From Adineta vaga (lineage: Eukaryota > Animalia > Rotifera), in assembly GCA_021613535.1 (NCBI GenBank), contig CP075493.1:13702001-13766000 (forward strand): a DNA stretch of 64,000 nucleotides. Reading direction: 5' to 3'. Each line of letters starts with the position of its first letter. Within the stretch, counting starts at the first letter, position 1. A program made the translations under genes and the position numbers. Under the pieces are notes generated by a model. That model was given only the letters and a program-made list of their open reading frames with translations, was not told where the DNA came from and did no database searches. Below are positions 25,488-38,972 of the stretch, one piece after another.

Positions 25488-25775
25488 GGGATTTCATATT
25501 GGTAAACAACACGCAGTATCCTACACATATTACATAGAGTGGGGAACACCTACGTATACTTATATTTAGTAGTTATACGTTGAATGACGAAAATAACATT
25601 GATACAAACAAAAGAAAACGTGAGTCATAATAGTTCGTAATAGAGATACGGACATTTTATGCTCAAGAGAAACCCCACGTGTAACACTCAGTTTTTAATG
25701 GGATATATCGCAGGTTGTAAAGTTCGACGAGTTAAGTTTTATAGTGTGTTTCGTTTTTCCCCATAGAGTTGTTAC

Positions 25776-25900
25776 AGGATAAATTAAAATCTAGGGAAAT
25801 TTAAAATATTCCTAAAAATAGCTAGGAAGAATTGAAATATCAATATTAAAAATGTCTTCTTCAAGAATATTTTAAATTTTCTTGAATTTTAATTTATCCT
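25776..25900. repeat. Imperfect inverted repeat of about 40 bp (MITE-like)
   Basis: AGGATAAATTAAAATCTAGGGAAATTTAAAATATTCC pairs with AGAATATTTTAAATTTTCTTGAATTTTAATTTATCCT, with few mismatches. Confidence 0.6.
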
Positions 25901-26802
25901 CCGACATCAGCTAAACAATTCCAAAAAAGTTCATTTTCTGTTGCCATCTTTTAGACAAAAAGTAATATGGCCAATTTATTAGTTATGTTTTTAGTTTTGA
26001 CCGTTGATGATATTTACTGGTACACGACATTGTTAACGGTTTGATATATTTTAATCAATCATGTCGAAAGTTTTTTATCTATAGAAACAACAAGACATTT
26101 TGGCATATTGCATCCTTTTTTTGCTTGGTTTTTGTGTATCTTGACCACATGAACAGTGGTAGTCGGGAAACTTCAGTATACTTTCTCTCTCACATAGTAC
26201 AGTACAACACACTAATCATGTCCTTAAAAATCGGAAAAAACATTTCTGACATTTTTTAACCAAACGGTACAATAAACTTGCCATTAGCTCATACATATAT
26301 AAGTATACTTCCATTCATCCACACCTACACCCACACCCTGTTATTACAATTCTAATTTTTATTTCAATGTTTTTCTCATGTTATCGAAATTGTTCTGTAA
26401 GACATACCCCACAGATACAGAAACAATATTTTAAGCGGTGAAATAAAAGACAAATCTACTGTATTCATTTTTTCCTTCTTATAAATACATTTATTCTTAT
26501 CCAAGAAAACAAATGATTCATAGGAAAAAAACTCGTTTATAAACATCTACTACATCGATAGAATATTTTTATAGTAAATGAAACTAATTTCTTGTTGAAA
26601 TGTGTAGAATTGTTTTGTGCGAACAAGGAAAGACAACACTTTTGTATATAATTATTTTATTTCACTAACAAAAACTGTGTTCAAAACAAGATAAGATTTG
26701 TTATGTAAATACGTAAATAATCTTTCATTCGTATTGAAATATCGATATAATTGTATATGCATTTTCGTAAATTATTCCAAATCAGCTTCTCTTTATACAT
26801 AA

Positions 26803-27720
26803 CTATTGTTCTGTTGTTATTTGTGTATTCGTTGATAATGAATATGGATGAAGTTGTTCGACAATTAAGTTTTCTATTTTCCATTGTTCAATATATGCTA
26901 ATGTATATTTTCGTTCAATCATCATGGTACAAACTTGTAAAATAGCACATCCAGCTACAACTATACCGAATACAATTTGTCCATAAATAAAAATCGAATT
27001 CACTGATAAATTTAACGAAATGAAAATTATTCGAAAAATAAATTCAATAGAAAAGGCTGTTATCCAAACACATGTCATAAAATAACATGAAATACGAAAT
27101 GATGAACAATGATCATAAATCCATGCGTAAACTTGAGCTGCTTCCTTCATATTAGATAATATTTCTTTCTTTTTATCATCTTTAAGTTCAATATATCCAT
27201 TATTATCAAATATAACATCGGGTAATCCAAATTCTGCTCGAGTGATCGGTATTAAATCAGGATAAAAATAGTAGACTATTGGACGTAATTGACATCGATT
27301 ACAACAATAATGAAATGGAATTAATGTAATAGCGAAAACAACAGCTCCTACACCGGTAAGTAATGATTTTTCTAATAGAAGAATTTTTGGACTCTTTAAT
27401 ACCAAGGCTAAAACAGCCGAAGTGATAAAAGCTATAAACATAACAAAACCGATAGCATCGAATGAACGTACCCATATAATTTTGACGATAACCATAAAGA
27501 AAGGAGGACTACTGGCAGCTAAAAGAGCATAAACAGGTTTGATACGATTTTCCAGAACAAAATAAATTAGAAGTGGAATAACTATATCGATTAAACAGAT
27601 AATAATCATATGAGGAATATGATGTTTAAATGTATTCCATGGAGAGATTTTTGGTTTTTGCGACGATAATTCTTGTCGTTGAAGTGATTCACTTGAAACA
27701 AGTTCATAGTTTGAAACCAT
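26803..27720 (-). CDS. Multi-pass membrane protein, VC0807-family-like (microbial type)
   Basis: Intronless 305 aa. Pattern DIVIPLLIY..ALLAASSPP..FDAIG..PKILLLEKSLLTG..RPIVY..W...FR....T.VW....EF..R matches my recollection of VC0807-type proteins. Confidence 0.6.
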   Translation of the reverse strand: MVSNYELVSSESLQRQELSSQKPKISPWNTFKHHIPHMIIICLIDIVIPLLIYFVLENRIKPVYALLAASSPPFFMVIVKIIWVRSFDAIGFVMFIAFITSAVLALVLKSPKILLLEKSLLTGVGAVVFAITLIPFHYCCNRCQLRPIVYYFYPDLIPITRAEFGLPDVIFDNNGYIELKDDKKKEILSNMKEAAQVYAWIYDHCSSFRISCYFMTCVWITAFSIEFIFRIIFISLNLSVNSIFIYGQIVFGIVVAGCAILQVCTMMIERKYTLAYIEQWKIENLIVEQLHPYSLSTNTQITTEQ

Positions 27721-28371
27721 TATGAATGCTTGTTCAAAAATCTAAAGAAAATCTAAATAACTATTGTGTTTCATCTAAAATATCGTTGGAAATTCCGGAG
27801 AGTATGAATATGAAACGAATACAATGTTCAGAACTTGTTAAAATAAGTTAATTTAATCAATATAAACTTGAAAATTTCTTCTAAATTCTTACTTTTAATA
27901 TTCAATTATATGTATTTGATACTCTTTCTTGATGATTGACTATCATCACATAGTTTACGTCCCTCACTTTTTTCTCTTTCTTCATCTATCGTAATCATTG
28001 ATGCATGTAAATATTTTGTGCGGTGTGTTTTTTTTTCTTCAAAATCATTCATTCAGTATTTTATTTTTCTTTTCTCACATAAGTCATATTCACAACCACT
28101 CTTTTACTTACATGTAAAAGTCGAAAGAAAAGTAAAAATGAATGACATTTGAAAATAGGACATTTTGAAAAAATACATATATTATTTACAAAGATGTAGA
28201 ATCGAAATATTTGTTTTCTTTTATTGTGAATAAAAAGTGTTTTTTTTGCGGTTTAAATGAAAATTATTTTGAAATATTAAGTGATAAATAATACAATAAA
28301 ATATGAAGAAAGTTTGTCAATATACAAAGCAGATAGGATTGTTGAGTATTCAACGTAAGTCTTTTGACTGT

Positions 28372-31300
28372 CTAATTTGCCGAACATTCACATGCTCTTA
28401 AAAGCATATATAAGATATTTGACGTCAAACTCATACTTATTATATCATGACAAGTATCATTAATGAAACCATTAATATTACGCGAATAAATAGTTTGTGC
28501 TTGAAAATTCCCATTTCCATTTCCTAGTAGACCGTAGATCTTATCGGATGAAGATGTACCAATAAGGATGTCTAGATGATTATCATCATTCAAAACCTGT
28601 ACAGCTACCGCATCCAATGATACAGAAGATTCCATAACAATTTGTTCATCAATATGAAAAGAACCATTATTGTATCGATATAACATGCAAATAGTATTGT
28701 TCCTACTATGAATAAAAACGATGTCGGATTGATAATCATTATCAAAATCGCCAGTTATCATTTTAAATTGAGTAATTTCAAATGCAGTAAAAAACCATTT
28801 CTGTGATTGAAAACTTCCATTAGTATTTGTAAAAAATATATGAATATGTAGAGATCGACCATTCATTACAGCTATATCTAAATAAGTATCATTATTAAAA
28901 TCAGCGACAGCTAATTGTTTCGGATCACTACTAAGTCCTATGAATAATGTTAACTGTAAGGATAACGTTCCATTACCATTTCCAAAAAATATATAAACAT
29001 TATTATCATATTGACATATAACAATAATATCCAACGTGTTATCATCATTAAAATCAATTATTCTAACATCGTTTGGAGTTCTTCTCAAGGATAATGATTG
29101 TATATTTTGTGTTTGAAACGTTCCATTACCATTTCCAAATAAAATACTAACCCTTCCTCCACCAGTAACTGCCTGTCCTAGAATTAAATCGACTCGTCCA
29201 TCATTATTCATGTCAACGACATGCATTTGAAATATAGTCGAACTGCTTCCTGGTGAAAATGTGATCATTTTGTCAAACGAAGCATTGGAATTCGCAAGTA
29301 ATACGTTCACCTGTGGAGAAGAATAACAGGAAAAAATGAGATCAAGTCGCTTATCATCGTTTACATCGACAACTATATTTGGACCTCCAGAGCCTTTAGA
29401 ACATGTTGTGTTAATCGATAGTCGTTGAACTTGAAATTGACATGCCATTTCTAGAGATTTAAATTAATCAAACTTCAACTGACAAGATATGTTATTATAG
29501 TCAAATGTTTCATTTGCACACTCTTAGTCTAGTTGTATTCTCAAAAAAATGTATAACTATATTTATCTTATGAACTAACTTGGTGTACTCGAAGATGTTG
29601 ATATTGCTGTGCTTATTGTTGTATTTAAACTATCAATTATTGATGTATTTGTCGTCGAACCTAAGAGACAAATATTGAACAATCATTTCATGTATTATTT
29701 TTCAGTTCTCATAGTCTTTCTCGGAATGATATTTATCACTCAATTATCAACATAAATATCAGATGTACAATTTTTAATCTTACCTGATCGAGCAAAATAT
29801 CTTGAAAAAATAATAATACCGATTAATATGCAGATCAGTAGTACAACTCCAAATATTATCTTGAGAAATGATCGACTAACTAACATAGCATTAGTTCTAA
29901 ACACAAGAAATTTATCAATTGGAAGAAAGAGAAAAGTAATTTACTGAATTGTTATATTCATTGGACTCTCCGCACGATTCCAAGTTGTATGTTGATTAGG
30001 CGTGTTAGTGGTCATAATAGACGATATATGAAAAGAACCATTAGGATGAATAGAATTCATTCGTTTCTTTCGATAATGATAGATATTTAAACTAATTCGA
30101 ACGAGGTTTGGACAAATCCATTGAAGAACAATGCTTAAACCACCATGGAGGCCAAATATAATAGTGATTATATAGAGAAAATTAAATTTTTCAACAGTAG
30201 TATATGAACATGATAAAGGTAAACATTGCTCATAATAGGATGAATAATTCATTTGTGTTGACCATTTTTCAACAAATAAATGATGTGTAAGTTCATCTAT
30301 TGTTGTATTTTGTAAGAAACGCTCGGATATTGTTGAGAGAGGAATTGAAGAATTTCTAGCATTTGTATAGTTTTGAATACGATCGAGACATGATTGATCA
30401 TAAAAACATTCTAGAGACGAAGCAAGCAGTGATTCACTTGGTGTACATCCCATTTTCATCCCTTTGATGGAAATTCTGCTCGAAGAATTTGTCTCATTAA
30501 AAATTGCTTCAGTTGTACAATTTGGAGATAATCCACAAGAACAATTATTGTCATAGATGATAGCTTCTGTAGGTGTATGCGTTTGGAAATATCCATTTGC
30601 TATAATAATATACTCGAAATTTGTTCCATAAGTTGATAAAAAAGCGTTCCCATGCACAATACTTTGAGTAAAGAAGAGAAGATGAGAGAATAAAACAGGA
30701 GCATTCGATTTACTCTGTTCAATAAAGATATTGAGACGATTATGAAAAATATTCTCCGACAAAAGTTCACTAGTAACCAATAATGATGTTAGAAGTTCAT
30801 TGATAGAATTATTCACTGACTGAATGGAAAATCGACATAATCCTTGAAGATATTGTAGATGAGCCGAAAGAAATCGACGATAATCTCTTTGTCCATAAAT
30901 CGTTAAATTAGGAGCAAGACCATTCGTCAAACTAACTCGCCATTTGTCTAATACAAATTGACTTGAACAAATCTGTCAATAAAAATAGAAACATTTATTA
31001 ATCAAGACTATCAACGAGTTCTCTCTTACCGAATGAAATATTGATTCAATCTTGACGAATTTATTATATGTCGATGCTATTGTTGAGCATGGACATTTTA
31101 ATTCATCACCATAGGTTTCTCTCAAATGCTTGTAGTAATGAAGAGGTGGACGAGAAAAGTTTCTTGTCGAAATATGTGGACGAATAATTGTATAGAATAT
31201 TAGAATGGTCAAGCTGCTAAGAAATAAAACCATATAAAGATGAGTTGCCCATCGACCATAACGTTTTGCTGTGACTTGATCAACGTCACTTCCAAAATCG

Positions 31301-34300
31301 CGTGATGTAAATATATTTAATTGAACTAGTGTAACTTGTAAAAGTTTAATTAGATTCTGTATGTTGATCTTCAATCGACTGGCATAATTATGACGAACTA
31401 AAATAAAAAATTAATTCTTGTGGGTGTAGGATGTAGATCAAAGAAAGACACCCTCAGTCTCAAAATAAATGTTGCTAGTATCTCACTATTGAATGACGCG
31501 AAACATTAAACGAAATAGTTCAGCAGAGTATTATTTTTAGTTCTGCGTTTTGGTAAACTACGAAAACTTCATCAATAGTATGAATCTTTTATACTCTCTA
31601 TTATTACAGAAGGCGAATGTTATCAAAAGCAGGCACCATCCTCCTTCTCTTCTGTTTACGTTCCTGTCTCTGTGACTCATTTCTTCGAGTTAAAATTCAA
31701 CTGATATAAATAAACATTTGCTTGAATAAGTGACTACCTTGTTCTGTTTGATTTGTTTTTTTCTTGCACATTGTTAAGAATTCCAAAATGAATTTAACCA
31801 GATGAGGCGTTACAATACGCAATGAGACTACAATCCCACCAATCATTGACACTAATGTTATAATTATTTCGAGGAAAGTCTGCTTGCGAATACTTTCAGA
31901 ATAAGAGCAATATTTTGGTGCACAAGATTCATAGAATTGTCTATAGGATGAAGAAGGATTCCATTTTTCAAGCATCAATTCTTTAATAATGAATGAAATC
32001 GACGTATTGGGAGGATAACGATTCTTTGTTGGATCATAAACGAGAGGTTGTATATGAGATGATGACATAAGAGACCGTGAACCGATAACCGATGTTCCTA
32101 AATAACTCATTAAAAATGGAAAACAATCTGAGTCTGCATATAAGCACTGAAATGTCGAAAATAGAAGAGAATCACTAATAAGACAGCCTTGAATAAAACC
32201 AACTATATTATGATTGTAATCGGAAGCATTGTTCGAGTCATAAATAGAATCCTGATCAGAGACCACAGCTGACCTTTGACAATATGGATTTGCAGCACAA
32301 ATACATGTAATCAAAGCTGAATTGATGTCCGAAATACCATTTAAAATAAATTGCATCTAGAAATGAAATCCTCTCTTTTGATATTAACACTCTTTGTCCT
32401 ATTAGTTCTGAAAATTAGATTTATAGAATTAACCCTCTCCTCAACCCCAGATTAGAAAACTCCGAGTGTTTTAATATGACCTATCATAAAAATTTTCTAT
32501 ACGATCTTCAGAACTCAGTCAATTCTTCTACGAATAATACAGAATTTAATTAGTATTTTTTAATATTGACTTGTTCGCAGAAATTAATAACATACTTGTG
32601 CTCCTTGATAATGATTTGTCTTATTTCTAATTATATTAATCAGCAGACCAGGATCACCATAAATGGTCCATATTTTGGGTATTCCTACGTGAAACTGATT
32701 AACTTGCAAAGTCAGTTGTACAATATCTTTCGTCAAATCAAAATTATAAACTGTTGATTGATAAATATGATCCAAAAATGTGTACAATTGTTGATTAAAA
32801 TCGATTTCATTCGTTATAGAAGAAGCAATAAAAAATTGTGAAAGAGATCTTTCCATAACCGCATCAATCGTTTTCTTAGCTAATTGACAAAGATCAGCTA
32901 AGAGTTGAAATTGTATATATGCTTTATTACGCCAATCATAAGAGATTTCGTTATTTCTACTCTGCTCCATTAGATAAATCCAATCATAATGAATGAAACC
33001 ACTTGAACATATTGGATGAAAAACTGGAGAAAAGGAGAGGAATCTTCGATAAGGTATTGTTTTATTAGAACATGGACATTGAAGTGTTGTTGAATAACTC
33101 ATTTCTAATGATCTATAAGTTGTTAATGAAGGATATGGTACAGTTATTGTCACTACTTCACTGTTTAATGACGTGAATAGACAAATAATACATATGAATC
33201 CTAATGTTTCAAAGAAAAAAAGTAACTAATTAAGTGAAACAATCTTTCTTTTTTTTTCATGTGATTTATATCTATGTTAAAAGAGGAATTTTACCTAATA
33301 ATAAAATTAAATAGACACGAGTAATAATTCTTTGTTGTTTGATACTGCTTTCTGTTCGATTATTAATATTTTTAAATAAATTTAATTGTTTCACTGATTG
33401 AATTAATTCGAACATATTTGTATTTTGATGTCCTAGAAAATAAAAATTTTCTTTTCAAAAATATTTCAAAGTAAGAACAACGAACTCTCTGAAGATTCGT
33501 GGAGATAGAATGAAAAAATTCTCACATGAAAACACTGGTTGTTTAGTTTACTCAAAACTTACCCGGATTTTCATTGAAATTATTTGAACGATCTTTACAT
33601 TTGAACAATACATGAATTAAATATGATGCAATCAAGCGAAGTATAATGATGAGACCACCGTAAAGACTAATGAAAAGTGTAATTCCATAAGATAAATTTG
33701 TATGACCTGTTGTCGTATATGTACATATTGACGAAGAACATTGATCAAAATACGTCGAATAATTCATGTTTGATGACCAGTTTTCAATAAAAAGATTTTG
33801 AAAATAATTAATTACAGAATTATTATCATGCTTAGAAGATACAAGTGAATGATTCCAATTGAAGTTCGTCTAAACACAAAACAAACTATTAGGAAAAAAA
33901 AGAGAATAAAACTGTCAATAAACTTTATTCAAATTAGGAAAGTAATCAAAGAACAATTGAAGACATTCCGATTCGTATAAACAATCCAGTGTACTTTCAA
34001 AGAGTGCTTCAAGAGGTGTACATTTTATAAAGAAACCTTTCACGACTGTCGAATTGGGTATTGGTTCTGCCGCCAATAGCAGTGTAGGATCTCTTGAATC
34101 ATCTGATAGAGGAGGGAGAAGAGCTGCAATCCTTGGATTATTGTAGCCGCATGACACAATATTTTCATTTTCATCAAGATATTGTGTTTGAAATGCAATT
34201 GGCGCAAAAGGTATATTGCCACTAAACCATGTTGTAATTATCCAATTTGTACCTAGAGCTGATACTACATAGTTTTCTTCAATTGTTGTTCTCCAATAAT

Positions 34301-35508
34301 TCAAGAATGATATCATTCGACCCAACGCATTATTCTTTTGAAACTCAATAGTATTATCTATTTCCAACTGAATCTGCATTTTGGGAAGAAGATTTATTGT
34401 AACAAATTCAGTGTTATCAACATCTGCTTGAATTTGAGAAATAATCTCTTGAGAAAGTAAACATAATCTGGAGAGAAGTTCAAACTAAATGAAAAGAATA
34501 TTATTGTTAAAATAATCAACCAAAAGTATATAGTTTAATTTATTGTATTATAGTAAATATAATGAAGAGATAATAGAACTCTTCAGATATAGAAATAGTG
34601 TCACTCGTTAGTCATTGAGATATTTAATATATATAAAATATCCTACTTCATATAATATTGAATAGTGATACATATAAAATGAATACTTATTCATGAAATA
34701 CGAGAAAGAATACAATCATTATGTCCTGTAAACATAGGGGAAAATGTATCGTGAATACATCACTCTGACTGACCTGTGAATAGGCTACTTTTCGAAAATC
34801 CCATATGCCATATCGACTTGCATTTGCAAAATATAATCTTTGAATCCATTCTTTGCTGACGAAAGCACTGGAACAAACAGGATGTATTGTAACATTGTTA
34901 GAAACAAAATTCTTATACGGTATTGTGATCGTTGAACATGGACATGAAAGCGTTTGACCATGTTCAGAATACAGTTTATAAAAAACATCAGGTGTTACAT
35001 TGGAAATAATAACTGTTTCAGATTCTATTTTTATTAAAGTTCCATAGAACAATACATAGAGACATACTAAAATAGAAAATATTACTTGATTATTTTCTTT
35101 CATATTTTTCAATAGCTAATCGAACTTATTTCTAATGCTGAATATAATGTTTCAGATCAAAAGGGATTGTTGACTAATATACAAATCGAAAGATAGAGTG
35201 TTTATTTTCTTTTGTAATTGCATACTATTAATTTCTTACATAAAAGGAGAATAAGAAAGTGCTAATGATTCACGTTGTCATAGCTATGAGGTCTTCTTTT
35301 TTACCCACTTGTTTCTATCGGGATGTATTGTTTGTGATTTACCTGTGAGAAGTACAATATACAACCAAGTTTTGCATTTTTGTTGTTTAAGAACAATAGC
35401 TGGATCTTCACTTCTTTCCTCGTCATTATAATCATTTTCTTCCAACATGAAAAGATTATAATTAGACACGCTTGTATAAATCCATTTAAAAAGAGTTTTT
35501 AGATTCAT
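28372..35508 (-). CDS. 12-exon multi-pass membrane protein with three Cys-rich repeats and C-terminal FG-GAP/VCBS repeats
   Basis: Exons 35508-35343, 35066-34774, 34484-33924, 33869-33563, 33432-33295, 33200-32596, 32356-31738, 31397-31030, 30972-29945, 29896-29784, 29660-29580 and 29450-28372 splice with consistent phases. Three copies of CPCS...H..CSS...C..CSY..GG, and a last exon with repeated D(F/M)NNDxxLDI and GNGNGTF. Confidence 0.8.
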
Positions 35509-36353
35509 GATCTGGAATAAATTTTTTTAAAAATGGTAAGTTAACCTTAACACTTCAAAGGTATCCGAGATGCTTTGTTCTAAAATGAAAATACACCAAT
35601 TAGTATACACCTAATCTTCGAGCAGTGACGTGACCAGGATTTTCAGACAGATGGGCGAAATTTGCTGGTGTGGAAAAAAATTCAGTGGGCTAAAAATTTG
35701 TTTCTCCCACGGTAAAGGTCGATAATTATATAATCGAATACATATAGTTTTGATTCTTTTCATCAACTCTTTACGTAAAGGAAAAGTTAGAGCATTACAT
35801 CTATAATTCAAATGGAAGAAAGAAATAGGAAATAGTACAAAGATGGATGTAAAATTTTGAATGAGTTAAATTTCAATGGGTAATTGTTCATTTGCCATTC
35901 TCCTGGTTACGCCACTGTGTGATATCTCTTTTTACTTCTCTCGTTATAAGAACTTCTCACTAGTTTAAATGAAATATTGACAGGGATTTTCTCATATAGT
36001 TCAACTATAAATAATAATAATAATTACTACCTTTAAATTGATATCTTTAGTTTTGACAGATACAATGTTTTCTAAATCTAAAAAACGAATAACAAACTGA
36101 GAAAATTCAAACAAATCTCTATATAATGAAATATAATAAAGATGAGCAGAAAAAAAGATTTCTTCAAAATATGAATAGTTGTCAACGGAAAGTGAACGCG
36201 CAGATTCCAAGTATAATTAAGAAAGAGAAGGAAAACTTATATATCCTTTATGTTTAAATATGTTTTCATTGTTTTTAACTGACTTTTAAACAATGTTCAT
36301 CTAACAGTTGTCGTAGAATTTCCACTTGATCAACGAACCATATGGTTACCATC

Positions 36354-36880
36354 ATGGAAGTTGCCAGCAAGAGAAGAAAAATGTTTGAATATTGGATGAA
36401 ATTAGGAATACACTCTAGTAAAATCTTTCTGAAAGATAAGTGTTTGTAAAAAACACGTGGACAGTTTTTCTACCATTAAAAGTAATTGCAACAGTTATTT
36501 TTTTAGGAATAAATCCTCAGCTGATATACTACATGTTGTTTATAAAGAACTGCAGTTTCTTTCCTCTTCGATATTTATTTAGTCCATTATGTCATCTATC
36601 AGTAATTTGAAAAATGATCATATATTTGTTTGTGTCTTTTTGTAGGCGTTGAATACGATCTGCTTCTCTTATTCATTGTGAACTAAACAGCTCAGTTAAA
36701 CACCGAGGTGAAAAAAAGCTATTGGTTTCTACATGAATAATTAGTCGCCATTTTCTAGAATATAGTTATGAAAATATTTTAGCTCAAACTAGTCATAAAT
36801 TAACATTAGTTGAGAAACAACAACGTGTTCAATGGGCTAGAAAACATAAAAATAATGATTTCAGTTTTACAGTTCTCTTT
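36354..36880 (+). mobile_element. Degenerate Tc1/mariner-type transposase fragment
   Basis: 36720-36880 translates LVST*IISRHFLEYSYENILAQTSHKLTLVEKQQRVQWARKHKNNDFSFTVL, which resembles the Tc1 segment just upstream of the first catalytic Asp. A possible N-terminus MEVASKRRKMFEYWMKLGIHS starts at 36354. No DDE core or TIRs seen. Confidence 0.6.
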
Positions 36881-36984
36881 TCCAAAGGAAATGAGTCAGA
36901 TTGCAGGAAAATTTTATTCTTCAAAATTCTTTGTATTTTATCTCAGAAAACATTCAAACTAGAGTAATTGAGGCCGAGGAACTT

Positions 36985-37035
36985 GAGGATGTGAGTGTAG
37001 ATAGGTCTTATTTTCTCATTCACACCCACACCCTC
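36985..37035. repeat. Second, more degenerate telomere-like palindrome
   Basis: GAGGATGTGAGTGTAG ... CACACCCACACCCTC, with the same layout and similar spacer length as 1998-2047. Confidence 0.6.
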
Positions 37036-37149
37036 GTAACAGTTGTTGTAATGATGCTAATCCAACTAAAGGTACAGTTGTATCGTTTCTTCCAGCGACA
37101 ATAACAATATTTTTCCTATAATCTTCGGGTAGCTAAAGTCTTTTCTTAA

Positions 37150-37493
37150 ATAGAAGACCGGATTTGAAAAATTTCCTGAAATAATCTTCGGTGAATTAGA
37201 ATTCTGATTGAACCAAATTAAAATTTGATTTTTTGCTTCGACTCGCAACATAAATCGTATTGTTTGTATTGATGAAAAGGCCACGAGTTCCTGTTCCCAC
37301 AATGGTTTGATTAGCAAAAGTAAAACCATTTGGATTCCAAGTTGCATTTGAACAAAATCTTGGTTGATTAAATGAAATTGCTAAAATCAGAAGAAATTTC
37401 TTTCTCAAATTTGATTTATTTCTCTCAAAATAATTTGAAATTACTTAAAGTTTGTTTGATGAAAACAAGCAGGAAAAAACTCGACTTCTTCAT
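37150..37493 (-). pseudogene. Truncated NHL-repeat-type secreted protein gene
   Basis: Signal-peptide exon MKKSSFFLLVFIKQTL (37493-37445), intron 37381-37444, then TISFNQPRFCSNATWNPNGFTFANQTIVG...GLFINTNNTIYVA. Frameshift in an A6 run near 37230, and similarity ends near 37150. Confidence 0.6.
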
Positions 37494-38972
37494 TAAAATA
37501 ATCAAATGAGAATGTTTCTATAGAAAAGTCCTGTTAGAATTGAATAGAAATCATACTATAAAGATTATTGATGTCAATAAATTTATTTTGTTATCTTTTT
37601 GTCAAAATTTCTATTTGGTCACGTTCGAAATTGAAATCAACAATTTTTAACTAAATAATTTCCTGAGATAAAAGAAAAGATTGATGAATACAACAATTCG
37701 AATGAAATTAGAAAAATATTTCAAATTGAGTTTATGATTTTAAATTCGTAACAAATCGAAGAAATAGGAAAAGATTTAGTTCTTCATTTTATAATTTTTA
37801 TCCTATATAGAAATTTGATCATAGTTAAAGAACGTGAATTTAAATCAGACTAGTCTCAAATTAACATCAATGAATATTTATTCACTTTGTCAGGATTTCT
37901 TTAGAATCACGATCGAGATTTGTTTTTATTGAATTTATCAAATTACACATATACAGATCAGTTCTCTTTGATCTGAAGGAAAAGGGTATTTTAATGATCA
38001 TTTGGTTTGGTCATTGCAATACTATTTCCATCTCATCTCGAAAAAACTTCCTGCGGGTTTCTTAGATTTTTCGATGAATTTACGGATAATGAAAAATCAA
38101 TCAAAGAGCTCGATTATCAAAGTTCTGATAATTGAATATAACAAATCTATCTGAACTCCAGAAACTCGACTATAATATTCAAGGAATCTAATGAGATTGT
38201 GAAACAGTATAACTAGTCAATGATTTTTATTTCATCTATTCTTTCTAAAATAATTCACATTGTTTTTTTTCTCACAAATTAGTTCAAATATCAATTGATG
38301 ACTTTGTCTTCTTTTAGATATGTGAAAAACAAAGGTGTTTCTCGTCGACGGAGAAAACATTTTCTCTCATATTTGTATCTATGTCAAATTTATTGTAGTA
38401 ATAAGATATTTTAACAAAAGGTCTTTCTGTTTCGCGAGATATAAAATACAGTCGAGTTGTTCGAGAAGCACAACTTTTAAAATTCGATCTTTGTCTTTTA
38501 ATTGTAGTTGCTGAAAGAGATATGGTTGATCATAAGAATATATAAGAGTTCAATCAAATTTAACCGTATACAATCTTTGCATAGAACAATTCAACATAAC
38601 AAAAAAGATTTGAAAGCATAGAGAATTTAACAAGACGATCAGTTCTTTGTTTTCCGATTTGATTGATTAATTGTATTGAAAAAAAGATATGTCAACGACT
38701 AGAGTATCATTTTGTTTGTGATGAGAATTGTCATCAATCATTTCTTTTCAAATACGAATGTGCCAAGTAATCACAAATCTTTATATCCATACTCACCATA
38801 CTTTTTGTTATTATATTACTCTCATTCATTTCGTATCAAGGTTATTTCTGTTTCTTTTTTTCGTTCTTCCATGTGATAATATTTATCTACAGCTTATATT
38901 TAAAATTCTGCTATTTTTCTTTTCTTTTGTAAAAAACATAAATTCATAGTTCGAACAAATTTCATTTTAATT

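Noticed and set aside
37800-38200. Possible decayed F-box-like coding remnant on the minus strand
   Set aside because: Too degenerate to support by eye.
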